Positions 11,126 through 24,199 of a stretch of 64,000 nucleotides of DNA are shown here, piece after piece. Position numbers and translations under genes: made by a program. The stretch comes from Malacoraja senta. Lineage: Eukaryota. The notes beneath the pieces were generated by a model. It had not been told where the DNA came from, did not search any database, and saw nothing but the letters and a program-made list of their open reading frames with translations. Position 1 is the first letter of the stretch; each line of letters begins with the position of its first letter. The DNA lies in the NCBI GenBank assembly GCA_038087875.1, contig JAXLNO010000230.1, positions 310,001-374,000 of the forward strand, written 5' to 3'.

Positions 11126-12338
11126 CATTTTCATTTTCAAACCACATTAAGGGCACTAAAGGTCAGTAAAACCACACTCACAGTTTAGGAGACATGTATT
11201 CAGTGCTATTCACAGCTCAGACTGAGAGACGTGACCCTCTCCTCCCCCATCTTGCAGAGACTGATTGAGGCACTCATCACTTCCGGGTTTTATAGTCCCT
11301 CCGGAAGGGGCGTGGCCTTCAGGAGAGAGATTCTCAACATTTTTTAAACACTAATAACTTTTATTTTTCATCGATGGGAAAAATTCTCTTGTCCTGCACA
11401 GCAGAGGGGGACTCTGAGTAAGATGGCCAAAGATCACAGCCGTAAGTGGCAGCGTTTTTTCTAAAATCAATATACAGAACAACAGGAAGTGGTCAAGATC
11501 AGACTTTTAGTAATATAGATAGAAGATAGATAGATAAATGCCATTCCCAGAGCAGTTCATTCTGCGGACTCCACTGCTTTTCCCAAATGCATTCCAAGCT
11601 CCACATTGGATGTAGCAATGCTACTGTATCCACTTTTCAGTTTGCATTCCAAGCTACTTTGTTGGGCTGGGAGAGAGCAGCTTGTGCGTTAGCAACAAAA
11701 CTGAATGCTACATGGTGTTTTGGCATTTATATGATGTGTTTCACAATATATAACCCTCCAAAGTTTATTACAGCCAATTCAGTTTTTTTTTCTAAAAAAT
11801 ATAAGCTACTGTTGTGATACTGCCATCAATTTGCATATCACAAGTTCTCTGGATCTCCAGAGAATTCGATTTACAGACACCGCCTTTTATTTGCAATCAG
11901 GGGACTTATACATTTTTGGCTTGCATCAGCTATTGTGAAACAAATTAGAGGGGTTTGACTAATTTTCTCAGTTGGCTCTTTTTACTAATGATCTTCAACC
12001 ATCCAAAGTTTTATCAATTCAGAGTTAATGCTTCTGGTTTATCTACATGGGGAAAGTTGGAAGATGCAATGGGGATTACTCAGGTTGGCAGTGGTGACAC
12101 TAAATATTGAGATGAGGACATTTGTTCATGTCTCCAGTAATAAAACAAGTTTAAACAGTAAGCCTTTTGGCAAGAGCCAATCTTTAAATGGCTTGAATTG
12201 AATGTTTAAATGCTGAATCTATCATAACCTAATAATAACCACAGAAACTCTTATTTACATGCTAAAAAAAATTCCAGGGGCTCTTGTATATCCTCATTGC
12301 TTCTGTGTATGTTTTTCTTTTTCTTCCTGGCAAATCCA

Positions 12339-13192
12339 CGGTGGCACAGCGCTGTCTCACAGAGCCAGAGTCCTGGGTTCGATTCTGACTACTGGTGTTT
12401 GTCTGTACAGAGTGTGTATGTTCTCCCTGTGACATGCAAGGGCTTTCTCCGGGAACTTTGGTTTCCTCCCACACACCAAAGACATACAGGTTTGCAGGTT
12501 AATTGGCTCGGTGTAATTGTAAATTTTCCCTAGTGTGTGTAGGATAACGTAATGGGCCTGTCCCACTTAGGCGAGTGCAGGAGACTCTGTGCTCGTCACA
12601 TGTTCTTTGGTGGTCTCTGGTGAGTCTCCTGCATGGTCGCAAGGAGTTCCCGCATTCTGGGAACTAGCCGCGGCCTCAGTATGGTCACCGCAAATTTTTC
12701 AACATGTTGAAAATGTTTCTGCGACCAAAAATTGGTCGCCATGGAGATAATCGATAATCCTGTAGTCATAGGTGCAGTTGTGGTGGGGTCGCCATGTAGT
12801 TGTAGGTAGTCTAAGTAGTTGTATGTAGTTTTAGTTAATCGCCTTTGCTGACCGGTCATTTTCATTGGCTCATTTTGGAAATAAACGTAAGCAGGACCAA
12901 GGATAACCACCCGGTAATGTAAAATGTCTGCCGAACTTCACAGCTGTGTATTTCTGGCTCATTTAAAGTTGTCTGGCTTCTTAAAAGTTGTCTCCACTCC
13001 TTCTCCCCCACCCCCCCTCCCCACCCCCCTCTCCCCCCCCTCTTTTAAAGGACTTACCGTACACTGTGCTAGGCATCTTAATTACATCGCCAACCTTCCT
13101 GTTCATCGCGGTGTGTATCTGTATCACCTTGGCTTTGCACCATGTAAATTTCTGACAGCGCTCCCCCCCTTGCCCTGCCCCCGCCTTTGCAA

Positions 13193-13280
<88 letters not shown>

Positions 13281-13470
13281 CCACTCTGACAGTCGCCGTT
13301 CCAGTTCCCGGTTTTTCAGGCGACTGCCGGCAACTTGACAGTTGCTGGCAGTCCCCTGAAAAATCGCCTAAGTGGGACAGGCCCATTAGGATCGCTGGTC
13401 GCAGTGAACTTGGTGGGCCCAAGGGCCTATTTCTGCTCTGTATCTCTAAACAAAACAAAACTAAACTAAA
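12339..13470 (+). mobile_element. tRNA-derived SINE split by a MITE
   Basis: GGTGGCACAGCG...GGGTTCGATTC (A/B-box-like) head and TCTAAAC/AAACT tail; homologous to the intact copy at 54930-55248. Confidence 0.75.
12550..13388. mobile_element. Non-autonomous DNA transposon (PIF/Harbinger-like MITE) containing a (TG)n tract at ~13195-13279
   Basis: Perfect 25-bp inverted ends TAATGGGCCTGTCCCACTTAGGCGA / TCGCCTAAGTGGGACAGGCCCATTA; superfamily call tentative. Confidence 0.8.
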
Positions 13471-14054
13471 ATGATAATTGTTGATTTAAGAAATAAATTA
13501 ATGCAAAGCAGTGTGATAAGAAAGGAGAATACTCATCAACAATAATCCCCAGCGTTTGTGTTCCTGAACTCTTTCAAAGGCATGATGTCCATAGAATAAA
13601 CAGATGAGTTCACTGGTAATGATGAGTTCCGTGCGTTCTTTCATTTGTGAAATGACCATCATAAATCTCTCTAACCTGTGACATTCATGAATTATGAGTC
13701 TTTCTTTCATAAGTGAAAGAACTGCCATAATTTACTTTCAGCAGTGACATATCTTCTATATAACAAAGCTAATAATTTATTGTTGACCTTCCTCCTTTAC
13801 TACATGGATAGACTTGGAAATTAGATGAATTGACAGAGTGGAATAAAAAGGTTTCACTCACTTATGCAATCAATTTGCGTATGAAATCAAAATAGATTCA
13901 AGTGGTATGTAGATTTGACAGGCCAACATTCTTAAAAATTACTCTGGTGCCATATTTGGAACATCAAGAGTGATAGATCAGAAAAATGAGTCACTGTCAT
14001 CAGTATTCTTTTGTACATCCCTGCATTTTTCAGATTTTCTCTTGTATTGTTTAG

Positions 14055-14163
14055 GTGGGCTCATGTGATGTGTGCTGTAGCGATTCCAGAAGCAAGGTTT
14101 GTGAATGTCGCCGACCGCAGTCCAGTGGATGTTACCAGGATATCGTTGCAAAGGTTGAAGCTT
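14055..14163 (+). CDS. kdm4c: Next KDM4C exon, (R)[36 protein letters not shown]
   Basis: Acceptor ttgtttag|, donor |gtaagt, 109 nt; WAHVMCAVA and LQRLKL are KDM4C-like (paralog call from memory of KDM4A/B/C). Confidence 0.92.
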
Positions 14164-14992
14164 GTAAGTATGCAGAATTGTTTCATTATTCCTCAGTCGT
14201 TGAACTTGTGTGCTTGTATTCAATTCCAAAATGACTGTTTCCAGATTGCCCTGTTGTGCCTTACCTGAATTTTTTTAAGGACCCCCATCATATTTCATTT
14301 TTCTACTGTGGTGTTTTAGAGGACCCCATGATTCCATTTATGCACGCAGATTGGAATTATTTTTGTTTACGCAGGTTGGAAAACTTGTTCCAGCTTCAAC
14401 AACAAGTTTTCCATTTTACAGGCTGAACCTTTCTACTTAATTTGGTGTGTTGCACTCCCAACAGAGACATGTATGAACATCAGTAAATGTTCTACTAATG
14501 TGTTGGCCTTGTTTGTGTTCACCCAGGTTGCCAATCCCCCCCTCCCCATTCTATTCCCCTTGCCCCCCCTCTTTACCCCCCATTCTATTTCCTTTGGTTT
14601 CTCCCACCCCCCATTCTTCTCCCTTTGGAATTCTATTTTTGGAAGCCCTGCAGGGCCAGTTATCCTGAAGGATTAGCTGCCACCATCGTCCCATAAGGTG
14701 GAGCAGGTTGCACATGATGACTGAGCTTCAGTTTGTTGATTTTGACCCCTTGATGGCCAACAGACAGTTCACTGCTATCCGAGACCAGGGAAACGTTTCA
14801 AAATAGTGTCTGATAATCAGATAAATTGTTCAAATAGTTATGCATGATTAGAAAAAGTGATTAATCATGCATTTAAGTTCCAGAAATTAATTAGTTAGTT
14901 AGAATTGAGTCAGAGGGGGAAAACAGTTGAAAACTGAGGAATTTGGTTTGTAAATTGGTAAATTAGGCGATTTATCAGTCAATATAAGCAAG

Positions 14993-17900
14993 ACGGCTCT
15001 TAGGGAGCGGCAGTGAGGGAGCGGCCTTGTGAGCGAAGTGCCCTGTGAGAAATGTGTGAGTCTTTGGCGAGGAGAGGAGGCTACGCAAAACGCTGGAGAG
15101 GGAGAGACGAAAGAAGGAGATGTCAGGCAAGCTGATTCAGTGTGATGCTTGCAGTATGTGGGAGGTCAAGGACACTGCTGGTGCCTCTGGCTGCTACAAA
15201 TGTGAGAAGTGCATCCAGGTACAGCTCCTGAAGGACCGTGTTGGGGAACTCGAGAAGCAAGTGGATGACCTCAGGTTCGTCCGAGAAACTGAGTCGTTCC
15301 TCGACAAGTCCTACAGTAAGATTGTTACACCTAAGGTACTGGAAGAGAGAAAGTGGGTGACGGTGAGAAAGGGAGGGAAACTTGGAATGCAAAGGTCCCC
15401 GGGTGTTGTACCTCTTGTGAACAGGTTCACCCACTTAGAAGCTGTCGGGACAGAAGACGTTATCACACTGAGCGGCGGACTGGCTTGCAAAGCAAAAAGG
15501 GCTGTTGAGCCAAAACCAAAGAGGCCGACGTCAGGCAACGCTATGGTAGTTGGAGACTCCATTGTGAGAGGTACGGACAGGGGTTTCTGCGGCAACAGAC
15601 GGGATTCGAGGATGGTGTGCTGCATTCCTGGTGCCAGGATCCAGGATGTCACGGACAGAGTGCAGAAAATCCTCAAGGGCGAAGGTGAACAGCCGGAAGT
15701 GGTAGTGCATGTCGGCACAAACGATGTCGGAAAGAAGGGGATGAATATTCTGCAGCGTGACTTTAGAGAGCTCGGAAAAATGCTGAAAAGCAGGACCTCC
15801 AGGGTTGTTATCTCCGGTTTGCTTCCAGTTCCTCGTGCTGGCGAGAGCAGGAACAGGGAGATACGGGACCTGAACGTGTGGCTGGGGAACTGAGGCAGGG
15901 ATTTAGATTGTTAGATCTCTGGGATCTGTTTTGGAGTAAGGGGGAACTGTACAAAAGGGACGGATTGCATCTTCACTGGTGGGGGACCAGCATTCTGGCA
16001 GGCAGGTTTGCCACTGCTACACGGGTGGTTTTAAAGTGAATAAGGGGGGTGGGGTGTCAAATGGGATAGTCGAGGATGGAGTTAAAGGGAAAGAGAGTAA
16101 AGGGATGGTTAATGACCCCCAGAATTAACGGGAAAGGAAGCTCACAAAGAGATAGGAGAGTATGGCCAAGTGTAATAGGGATCGATGTGAAAGGTGAGAT
16201 GCGTAAGGAATTAAAAGTATTGTCTATGAATGCGCGAAGTATAAGAAGTAAAGTAGATGAGCTTGAGGCTCAGTTACAGGTTGGTAGATATGACATTGTG
16301 GGGATTACTGAGACGTGGCTGCAGGAGGATCGGGCCTGGGAACTTAATATTCAGGGTTATACATCCTATAGAAAGGACAGGCAGGTGGGCAGAGGAGGGG
16401 TGGTAGCTCTGCTGGTGAGGGATGGAATTCAGTCCCTTGCGAGGGAAGACATAGGGACTTACGAGGTAGAATCACTGTGGATTGAGTTGAGGAATTGTAA
16501 AGGCAAGAAGACACTAATTGGTGTTATTTACAGACCCCCAAATAGTAGCCGGGATGTAGGGTGTAAGTTGCAGCAGGAGTTAAAACTGGCATGTAAAAAA
16601 AGTAATGCCACTGTGGTGATGGGGGATTTCAATATGCAGGTAGACTGGGAAAATCAGGTTGGTTCAGGACCCCAAGAAAGAGAGTTTGTAGAATGCCTCC
16701 GAGATGGATTCTTAGAGCAGCTTGTAATGGAGCCGACCAGAGAAAAGGCAATTTTGGATTTAGTGTTGTCCAATGAACCAGATATGATAAGAGAACTCGA
16801 GGTAAAGGAACCGCTTGGAGGTAGTGATCATAATATGATTAGTTTTAATCTGCAATTTGAGAAGGAGAACCTTAAAATCGGAGAGGGGAGCTGGCCAAGG
16901 TAGACTGGAAAGGGATACTAGCAGGAATGACGGTGGAACAGCAATGGCAGGATTTAACTAGTAGAGTGGATAAGGGAGAACCAGTGGATGTGTTATATCT
17001 GTACTTTCAGAAGGCTTTCGACAAGGTCCCACATAAGAGATTAGTATATAAACTTAAAGCACACGGTATTGGGCGTTCAGTATTGATGTGGATAGAGAAC
17101 TGGCTGGCAAACAGGAAGCAAAGAGTAGGAGTAAACGGGTCCTTTTCAGAATGGCAGGCAGTGACTAGTGGGGTACCACAAGGCTCAGTGCTGGGACCCC
17201 AGCTATTTACAATATATATTAATGATTTGGACGAGGGAATTGAATGCAACATCTCCAAGTTTGCGGGTGACACAATGCTGGGGGGCAGTGTTAGCGGTGA
17301 GGAGGATGCTAGGAGGCTGCAAGGTGACTTGGATAGGCTGGGTGAGTGGGTAAATGCATGGCAGATGCAGTATAATGTGGATACGTGAGGTTATCCACTT
17401 TGGTGGCAAAAACTGGAAAGTAGACTATTATCTGAATGGTGGCCGATTAGGAAAAGGGGAGATGCAACGAGACCTGGGTGTCATGGTACACCAGTCATTG
17501 AAAGTAGGCATGCAGGTGCAGCAGGCAGTGAAGAAAGCGAATGGTATGTTAGCATTCATAGCAAAAGGATTTGAGTATAGGAGCAGGGAGGTTCTACTGC
17601 AGTAATACAGGGTCTTGGTGAGACCACACCTGGAGTATTGCGTACTGTTTTGGTCTCCAAATCTGAGGAAAGACATTCTTGCCATAGAGGGAGTACAGAG
17701 AAGGTTCACCAGAATGATTCCTGGGATGTCAGGACTTTCATATGAAGAAAGACTGGATAGACTCGGCTTGTACTCGCTAGAATTTAGAAGATTGAGGGGA
17801 GATCTTATAGAAACTTACAAAATTCTTAAGGGGTTGGACAGGCTAGATGCAGGAAGATTGTTCCCGATGTTGGGGAAGTCCACGACAAGGGGTCACAGTT

Positions 17901-18187
17901 TAAGGATAAAGGGGAAATCTTTTAGGACTGAGATGAGAAAAAAATGTTCACACAGAGAGTGGTGAATCTCTGGAATTCTCTGCCACAGAAGGTAGTTGAG
18001 GCCAGTTCATTGGCTATATTTAAGAGGTAGTTAGATGTGTCCCTTGTGGCTAAAGGGATTAGGGGGTATGGAGAGAAGGCAGGTACAGGATACTGTGTTG
18101 GATGATCAGCTATGATCATATTGAATGGCGGTGCAGGCTCGAAGGTACGAATGGCCTACTCCTGCACTTATTTTCTATGTTTCTATG
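14993..18187 (+). mobile_element. CR1 LINE with 5'UTR, ORF1 (zinc finger/coiled coil plus SGNH esterase) and internally deleted ORF2
   Basis: ORF 15120..15893 (CDAC..CEKC, VVGDSIVR, VHVGTNDV; out-of-frame RDGLHL); endonuclease 16076..16903; jump to RT at ~16950; tail TTTCTATGTTTCTATG. Confidence 0.92.
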
Positions 18188-19981
18188 TAAAGTCAAACGT
18201 GGGTCTCTTGAAGGCAGACACGGGTGAAATTATTATGGGTAACAAGGAAATGGCAGAAGAGTTGAATAGGTACTTCGGATCTGCCTTCACCAAGGAAGAC
18301 ACAAACAATCTCCCAGATGTACTGGAGGAAAGAGGATCTAAGGGAGTAGAGGAACTGAAAGAAATTTTCATTAGGCGAGAAATAGTATTGGGTAGGCTAA
18401 TGGGACTGAAGGATGATAAATCTCCTGGGCCTGATGGTCTGCATCCCAGGGTCCTCAGGGAGGTGGCTCTAGAAATAGTGGACGCATTGGTGATCATTTT
18501 CCAATGTTCAATAGATTCAGGATCAGTCCCTGTGGATTGGAGGATAGCTAATGTTATCCCACTTTTCAAGAAATGAGCGAGAGAGAAAACGGGGAATTAC
18601 AGACCAGTTAGCCTGACTTTGGTGGTGGGAAAGATGCTGGAGTCATTATTAAAGAGGTAATAATGGGGCATTTGGATAGCAGTAACAGGATTAGTCCAAG
18701 TCAACATGGATTTATGAAAGGGAAATCATGCTTGACTAATCTTCTGGAATTTTTTGAGGATGTGACAAGTAAAATGGATGAAGGGGTGCCAGTGGATGTA
18801 GTGTATCTAGACTTTCAGAAAACCTTTGATAAGGTCCCTCACGGGAAACTGGTGACTAAAATTTGAACACATGGTTTTGGGGGTAGGTTGTTGACATGGA
18901 TAGAAAATAGGTTGGCAGACCGGAGGCAAAGAGTAGGAGTGAACGGGTCCTTTTCAGAATGGCAGGCAGTGGCGAGTGGAGTGCCGCAAGGCTCGGTGTT
19001 GGGGCCGCAACTGTTTACCATATATATTAATGATTTGGAAGAGGGAATTAGGAGCAACACTAGCAGGTTTGCGGATGACACAAAGCTGGGTGGCAGTGTG
19101 AACTGTGAAGAGGATGTTAGGAGGTTGCAGGGTGACCTGGACAGGTTAAGTGAGTGGGCAGATGCGTGGCAGATGCAGTATAATATAGATAAATGTGAGA
19201 TTATCCACCTTGGTGGCAAAAACAAGGGGGCAGATTATTATCTCAACGGGGTTAGGTTAGGTATGGGGGAGGTACAGCGAGACCTGGGTGTCCTTGTACA
19301 CCGGTCACTGAAGGTTGGCGTGCTGGTACAGAAGGCAGTGAAGAAAGCTAATGGAATGTTGGCCTTCATAACAAGAGGATTTCAGTATAGGAGTAGAGAG
19401 GTTCTTCTGCAGTTGTATAGGGCTCTGGTGAGACCACATCTGGAGTATTGTGTACAGTTTTGGTCTCCTAATTTGAGGAAGGACATCCTTGTGATTGAGG
19501 CAGTGCAACGTAGGTTCATGAGATTGATCCCAGGGATGGCGGGACTGTCATATGAGGAAAGATTGAAAAGATTAGGCTTGTATTCACTGGAGTTTAGAAG
19601 GATGAGGGGGATCTTATAGAAACATATAAAATTCTAAAAGGACTGGACAAGCTAGATGCAGGAAAAATGTTCCCAATGTCTTAGGGGCCACAGTCTTAGA
19701 ATAAAGGGGAGGTCATTTAAGACTGAGGTGAGAAAACCCTTTTTCTCCCAGAGAGTTGTGAATTTATGGAATTCCCTGCCACAGAGGGCAGTGGAGGCCA
19801 AATCACTGGATGGATTTAAGAGAGAGTTAGATAGAGCTCTTGGGGCTAGTGGGGTCAAGGGATATGGGGAGAAGGCAGGCACGGGTTATTGATAGGGGAC
19901 GATCAGCCATGATCACAATGAATGGCGGTGCTGGCTCGAAGGGCCGAATGGCCTCCTCCTGCACCTATTTTCTATGTTTCT
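18188..19981 (+). mobile_element. 5'-truncated CR1 LINE directly in tandem
   Basis: KSPGPDGLHPRVL, QHGFMKGKSCLTNL, RFADD; CR1 tail. Confidence 0.92.
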
Positions 19982-21296
19982 AAGATTAAAAATAAACTAG
20001 CTTTCCTATCAGACTTGGCAAGGATATTCATAATGGATTGATTCATGTTCAGTAGACATGGTTGGCGTGAAGTTGAAGAGCCACTCAACTTGGTAATTGT
20101 TCTCCATCACTTAGTTCAGCAATGGAACAGAAAGGCAGATGAGCTGGTGGCTTTTAAGCTTCAGGAGCTGTGACTTCCATGTTGCATGGTGCAGGTGCCA
20201 AAGTCACTAATAAGCTGACTTGCTCACTGTAATTAGTTGCCACTTCGTTACAAAACCATTTGATGAAGATCAATACATTTCTGTCCATTGATTAGAAAAC
20301 TGCTTGCAATTTTGGTGCTACGATCTTGCACATGAAGGAGCATCATAGAGGAATTAATGCCCTCATTGAATAACATACTACGTACTACGTACACATTCGT
20401 ATTGTTGAGCATAAACTGGGGTAGATTGTCTGATCTAACAATTAGCTTTTGTAGCTATTAGTTGGCCTGATTTACAAATGAAATGATGATAGAGTGATGA
20501 GAAAGGTTGAAATTAATGTTTAGAAGTTAAAGTTTAAATAGGAAATGTAGCTATTCCTGCTTCTTAGGGTTAGGAACAATCACAAAACAAAAATTGTTAA
20601 CACCATCACTCATTCACTATCTTTCCCATTTTTCAAAGAAAGGATTGTTCGGTGCTTAAAGAAATGCTCTATTGGTTATTAAACATTTAATTTCTCTTTA
20701 TGGAATGCATACATTTTTTGAGAAAACAACCATTTTATATTACCCATTTTTTGTTCACGATACCTTCCGTGTATCCCATTTCCCCACAGCTCCCATACTC
20801 CCATGAATAAGTATCTATTTAAGCCTGTAAATTCAGAAGTGAATAAAATTAATGTTGATGTCGAGTTTTGACAAAAGTCTTCTTAGAAACATTGTTTTGC
20901 CTCGCCTCTAAATACTTTTACATAGAAAGAGTGTCCATGTCATCACAATAGTAACCTGATTTAAGATATTCAAATATTTACAATTGTTCAGTGAATTTGT
21001 ATATTGGATACAATGTGTACTTAAAATTAAGACAACAAAATCATTTAGCTTTGCTGTAACATCCTTTTACAGTCAGGCTGAGGAATTTGTCATCGACAAT
21101 ATGCAACATCTTTATGCTTAATCACAGAGCCTGGCTTGTCGCATGGCTTCTTTGGGTTAAGGTTCATTACTCGCAGGTCTGTCCCAAACCACAGATAGGT
21201 TCTCTAGTGGTATGGGAGGTTGAAGTAGCTAGGCTCCCAATTACAGCTAAGTGATACCACACAAATATTGAATGCATTATCTGTTACTTTTAAATA

Positions 21297-21946
21297 AGTT
21301 TTAGTTTAGAGATACAGCGTGGAAACATGCCCTTCGGCCCACTGAGTCCGTGTCAACCAGTGATCACCCTGTACACTAGTACTGTCCTGCACACTAGAGA
21401 CAATTTACAGAAGGCAGCTCAGCACTTCAACTCCCCCTCCCATTCCGTATCCGACCTCTCTGTCCTGGGCCTCCTCCATGGCCAGTGTGAGCACCACCGT
21501 AAATTGGAGGTACAGCACCTCATATTCCGCTTGGGGAGTCTGCATCCTGGTGGCATGAACATTGAATTCTTACAATTCTGTTAGCCCTTTCTGTCTCCTC
21601 CCCTTCCCATCTCTCCCTCAGCCCGCGGGCTCCTTCTCCTTTTTCCTTTCTTCTCCCCGCCCCCCCCCACCCCCCATCAGTCTGAAGAAGGGTTTCGACC
21701 CGAAATGTTGCCTATTTCCTTCGCTCCATAGATGCTGCTGCACCTGCTGAGTTTCTCCAGCATTTTTGTGAACCTACAAACCTGTACATCTTTGGAATGT
21801 GGGAGGAAACGGGGCACAGGGGGGAAACCCACGCGGTCACAGGGAGAACGTACAAACTCTGTACAGACAGCACCTGTAGTCAGGATCGATCCCGGGTCTC
21901 TATCGCTGTAAGACAGCAACTCTACCACTGCGCCACTGTACCACCC
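21297..21946 (-). mobile_element. tRNA-SINE (minus) interrupted by a Penelope 3' fragment (+, ~21413-21770)
   Basis: Reverse complement of the 54930-55248 SINE; insert encodes AQHFNSPSH..HLIFRLGSLHPGGMNIEF. Confidence 0.8.
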
Positions 21947-22207
21947 TCTAATCTCGATTCCAATCCTTCTAAATGGAAATCTGCTTTTTACTTTACCAGT
22001 AAGTATTTTTTGAGTTTTGAAGTGGATATATAGTGATGCTGCTTAGTTTTTGTCCCAGTGTAGACCACGTTAGGTACAATATACCTATGTTTTCCCATTT
22101 GAAATTGAAGTTAGACATGAGGCAACCTGACTAACTAGTTTCTTTCCTGCAAACAATGTTGAAATGACATGGGCCGCGGGTGTTGGAGAGCCGGGGCGGA
22201 GGGAGGG

Positions 22208-22459
22208 ATGGAAGCAGAAGCAGCGGCGGGAACAGATGCGGACGGGGCGCCGGGGCTGGCGAGTGTTTGTCAGGCTGGAGAGTCGCTCGCTGCAGCTCCG
22301 GCCATGGAGCAGCCTCAGTGCAAGAGTCCCGGGCCGTCGGAGGCATCGGAAGCGTTGCACTGCTGCCGTGAGAATTTCTGTGCCGAATTCACCCTGGTGA
22401 CTGGCATGGACCAGGCTGCGGCTCGGTGCATCCTGGAGGACAACCAGTCGCTGCTGGAA
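22208..22459 (+). pseudogene. tdp2: Orphan copy of a TDP2-like first coding exon (UBA-like N-terminus) with splice donor
   Basis: ATG at 22208; ...RENFCAEFTLVTGMDQAAARCILEDNQSLLE|gtaggt resembles TDP2 LCVEFASVASCDAAVAQCFLAENDWEME; CpG-rich island in an AT-rich intron; no downstream TDP2 exons recognised. Confidence 0.72.
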
Positions 22460-22564
22460 GTAGGTACCATGCACTGGGTAGAAGTGGTGGAAGATCGTGG
22501 CCTTCAAATGGTGGTGGTTGGAGAAAGCATCCTGCTTGCCTGCTAGATTTTCACTTACTGTAAC

Positions 22565-22905
22565 TGCAGGAAAAATGTTCCCGATGTTGGTGGAGTTCAG
22601 AACCAGGGGTCACAGTTTAAGAATAAGGGGTAGGCCATTTAGGACTGAGATGAGGACAAACTTTCTTCACCCAGAGAGTTGTGAATCTGTGGAATTCTCT
22701 GCCACAGAAGGCAGTGGAGGCCAATTCACTGGATGTTTTGAAGAGAGAGTTACATTTGGCTCTTGGGGCTAGCAAAATCAAGGGATATGGGGAAAACAGG
22801 AAAGAGGAACTGATTTTAGATGAACAGCCATGATCATATTGAATGGCAGTGCTGGCTCAAAGGGTCGAATGGCCTATTTCTGCACCTATTTTCTATGTTT
22901 CTATG
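22565..22905 (+). mobile_element. CR1 3' end
   Basis: AGKMFPML..RTRGHSLRI; TTTCTATGTTTCTATG tail. Confidence 0.9.
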
Positions 22906-23467
22906 CTTGAGTGTATGGCAATAAAACTTGACCACTTAGAGATTAGAGATTAGAGATTCCTTTATTTGTCATTCACCCAAATGTCCCCAATCTCGTTGTT
23001 TTATTAATTGAACGTGGATGAACATCCTCAAGGAGTGTAATCAGATGGAAACTGATTCAGATGCGATGTTTAAGAGCTTGTTCAAAGAAGGGGCATATTT
23101 TAAAGGTGACAGAGATACTTGCAGGGGAATGTGTGAGGAGGTTATTATTTGTCTTTAGTTTTAGCTTGAACCAGGACATCTGAAGATACAAAGTTTAATA
23201 TACTAATTGTGCTGATACTGACTCCAACCAACCACGTAATGAATATCATCCATTCCGGAGGTTTTATTTTTTTGATGCCATTTAAACTTCACTTGGATTT
23301 CAATTATTTCAATGTAAAAGTAATTGGGAATGGGGGGCATTGGAACAAAAATTTGCCCTCGGTAATATTAACTGTAATATAATAATGTATGCATGTTGGT
23401 AGGTGCAATCAATACAAAGATCTTTTTATCATTGTTGTGTTATGGATACCACAGAAAATATTAGGTG

Positions 23468-23660
23468 GACAAAAATGCTGGAGAAACTCAGCGAGTGAGG
23501 CAGCATCTATGGAGCGAAGGAAATAGGCGACGTTTCGGGTCAAGACCTGTCTGAAGAAGGGTCTCGACCCAAAACGTTGCCTATTTCCTTCGCTCCATAG
23601 ATGCTGCCTCACTCCAGCATTTTTGTCTACCTTCGATTTTCCAGCATCTGCAGTTCCTTC
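23468..23660. mobile_element. Inverted pair of Penelope terminal repeats
   Basis: GACAAAAATGCTGGAG..GAGGCAGCATCTATGGAGCGAAGGAAATAGGC and its reverse complement ~20 bp downstream. Confidence 0.75.
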
Positions 23661-23744
23661 TTAAACAGAAAATATTATGTACTCTCAAGATCACATTAAA
23701 TAGAATATTATTGCTTAAATATAGAGTTATTGGACCTTCCATTT

Positions 23745-23973
23745 TGGAAAAGTCCCAACTGAGAGAAAGACAGCAAAATACTGAAAATATTAAGGTTGAA
23801 AATTATTTCAGGACAGTTTGTTAGGAAAATGAAGGAAATGGTAACAGAATACTTATACTGTATAAGTATTCTGTTACCATTTCCTTCATTTTCCTAACAA
23901 ACTGTCCTGAAATCATTTTCACCCTTAAAATTTTCAGTATTTTGCTGTCTTTCTCTCAGTTGGGACTTTTCCA
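23745..23973. repeat. Near-perfect palindrome, 114-bp arms, 1-nt spacer at 23859
   Basis: Arms are reverse complements with 3 mismatches by eye. Confidence 0.95.
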
Positions 23974-24199
23974 TTTTATGGATGAGAAATTGTGTTCACC
24001 CAATTGATGACTTCTTTGACAAAGTAACCAGCATGTTAGATAACAAGGAAGCCAATGTATGTAGCAAATTTTGTTATACAAAATTTGGTCCGTGAAGTGC
24101 CCCATAAAAGATGACCGCATTAGATAAGCACCTGTGGACTTGAACGTAATAGGTTAAGTCCAGGGGGCTTTTTGTGTGGGCCAGATATATTGTCAGTGC

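Larger units (their letters stand above)
9548..11519 (-). mobile_element. Non-autonomous Helitron (unit A) with two internal minisatellites
   Basis: A|TCTATATTACTAAAAG 5' start; TGGGACCC-AAC-GGGTCCCA hairpin ~10 nt before CTAG|T; no TSD; both ends homologous to the copy at 47317-49586. Confidence 0.85.

Noticed and set aside
9834..11188. Long repetitive ORFs and a CRISPR-like regular repeat appearance
   Set aside because: Pure tandem minisatellites without unique spacers; ORFs are open in several frames because the units lack stops; eukaryotic context with no cas genes
12924..13474. VC/HT-repeat ORFs
   Set aside because: Translation of a (TG)n microsatellite
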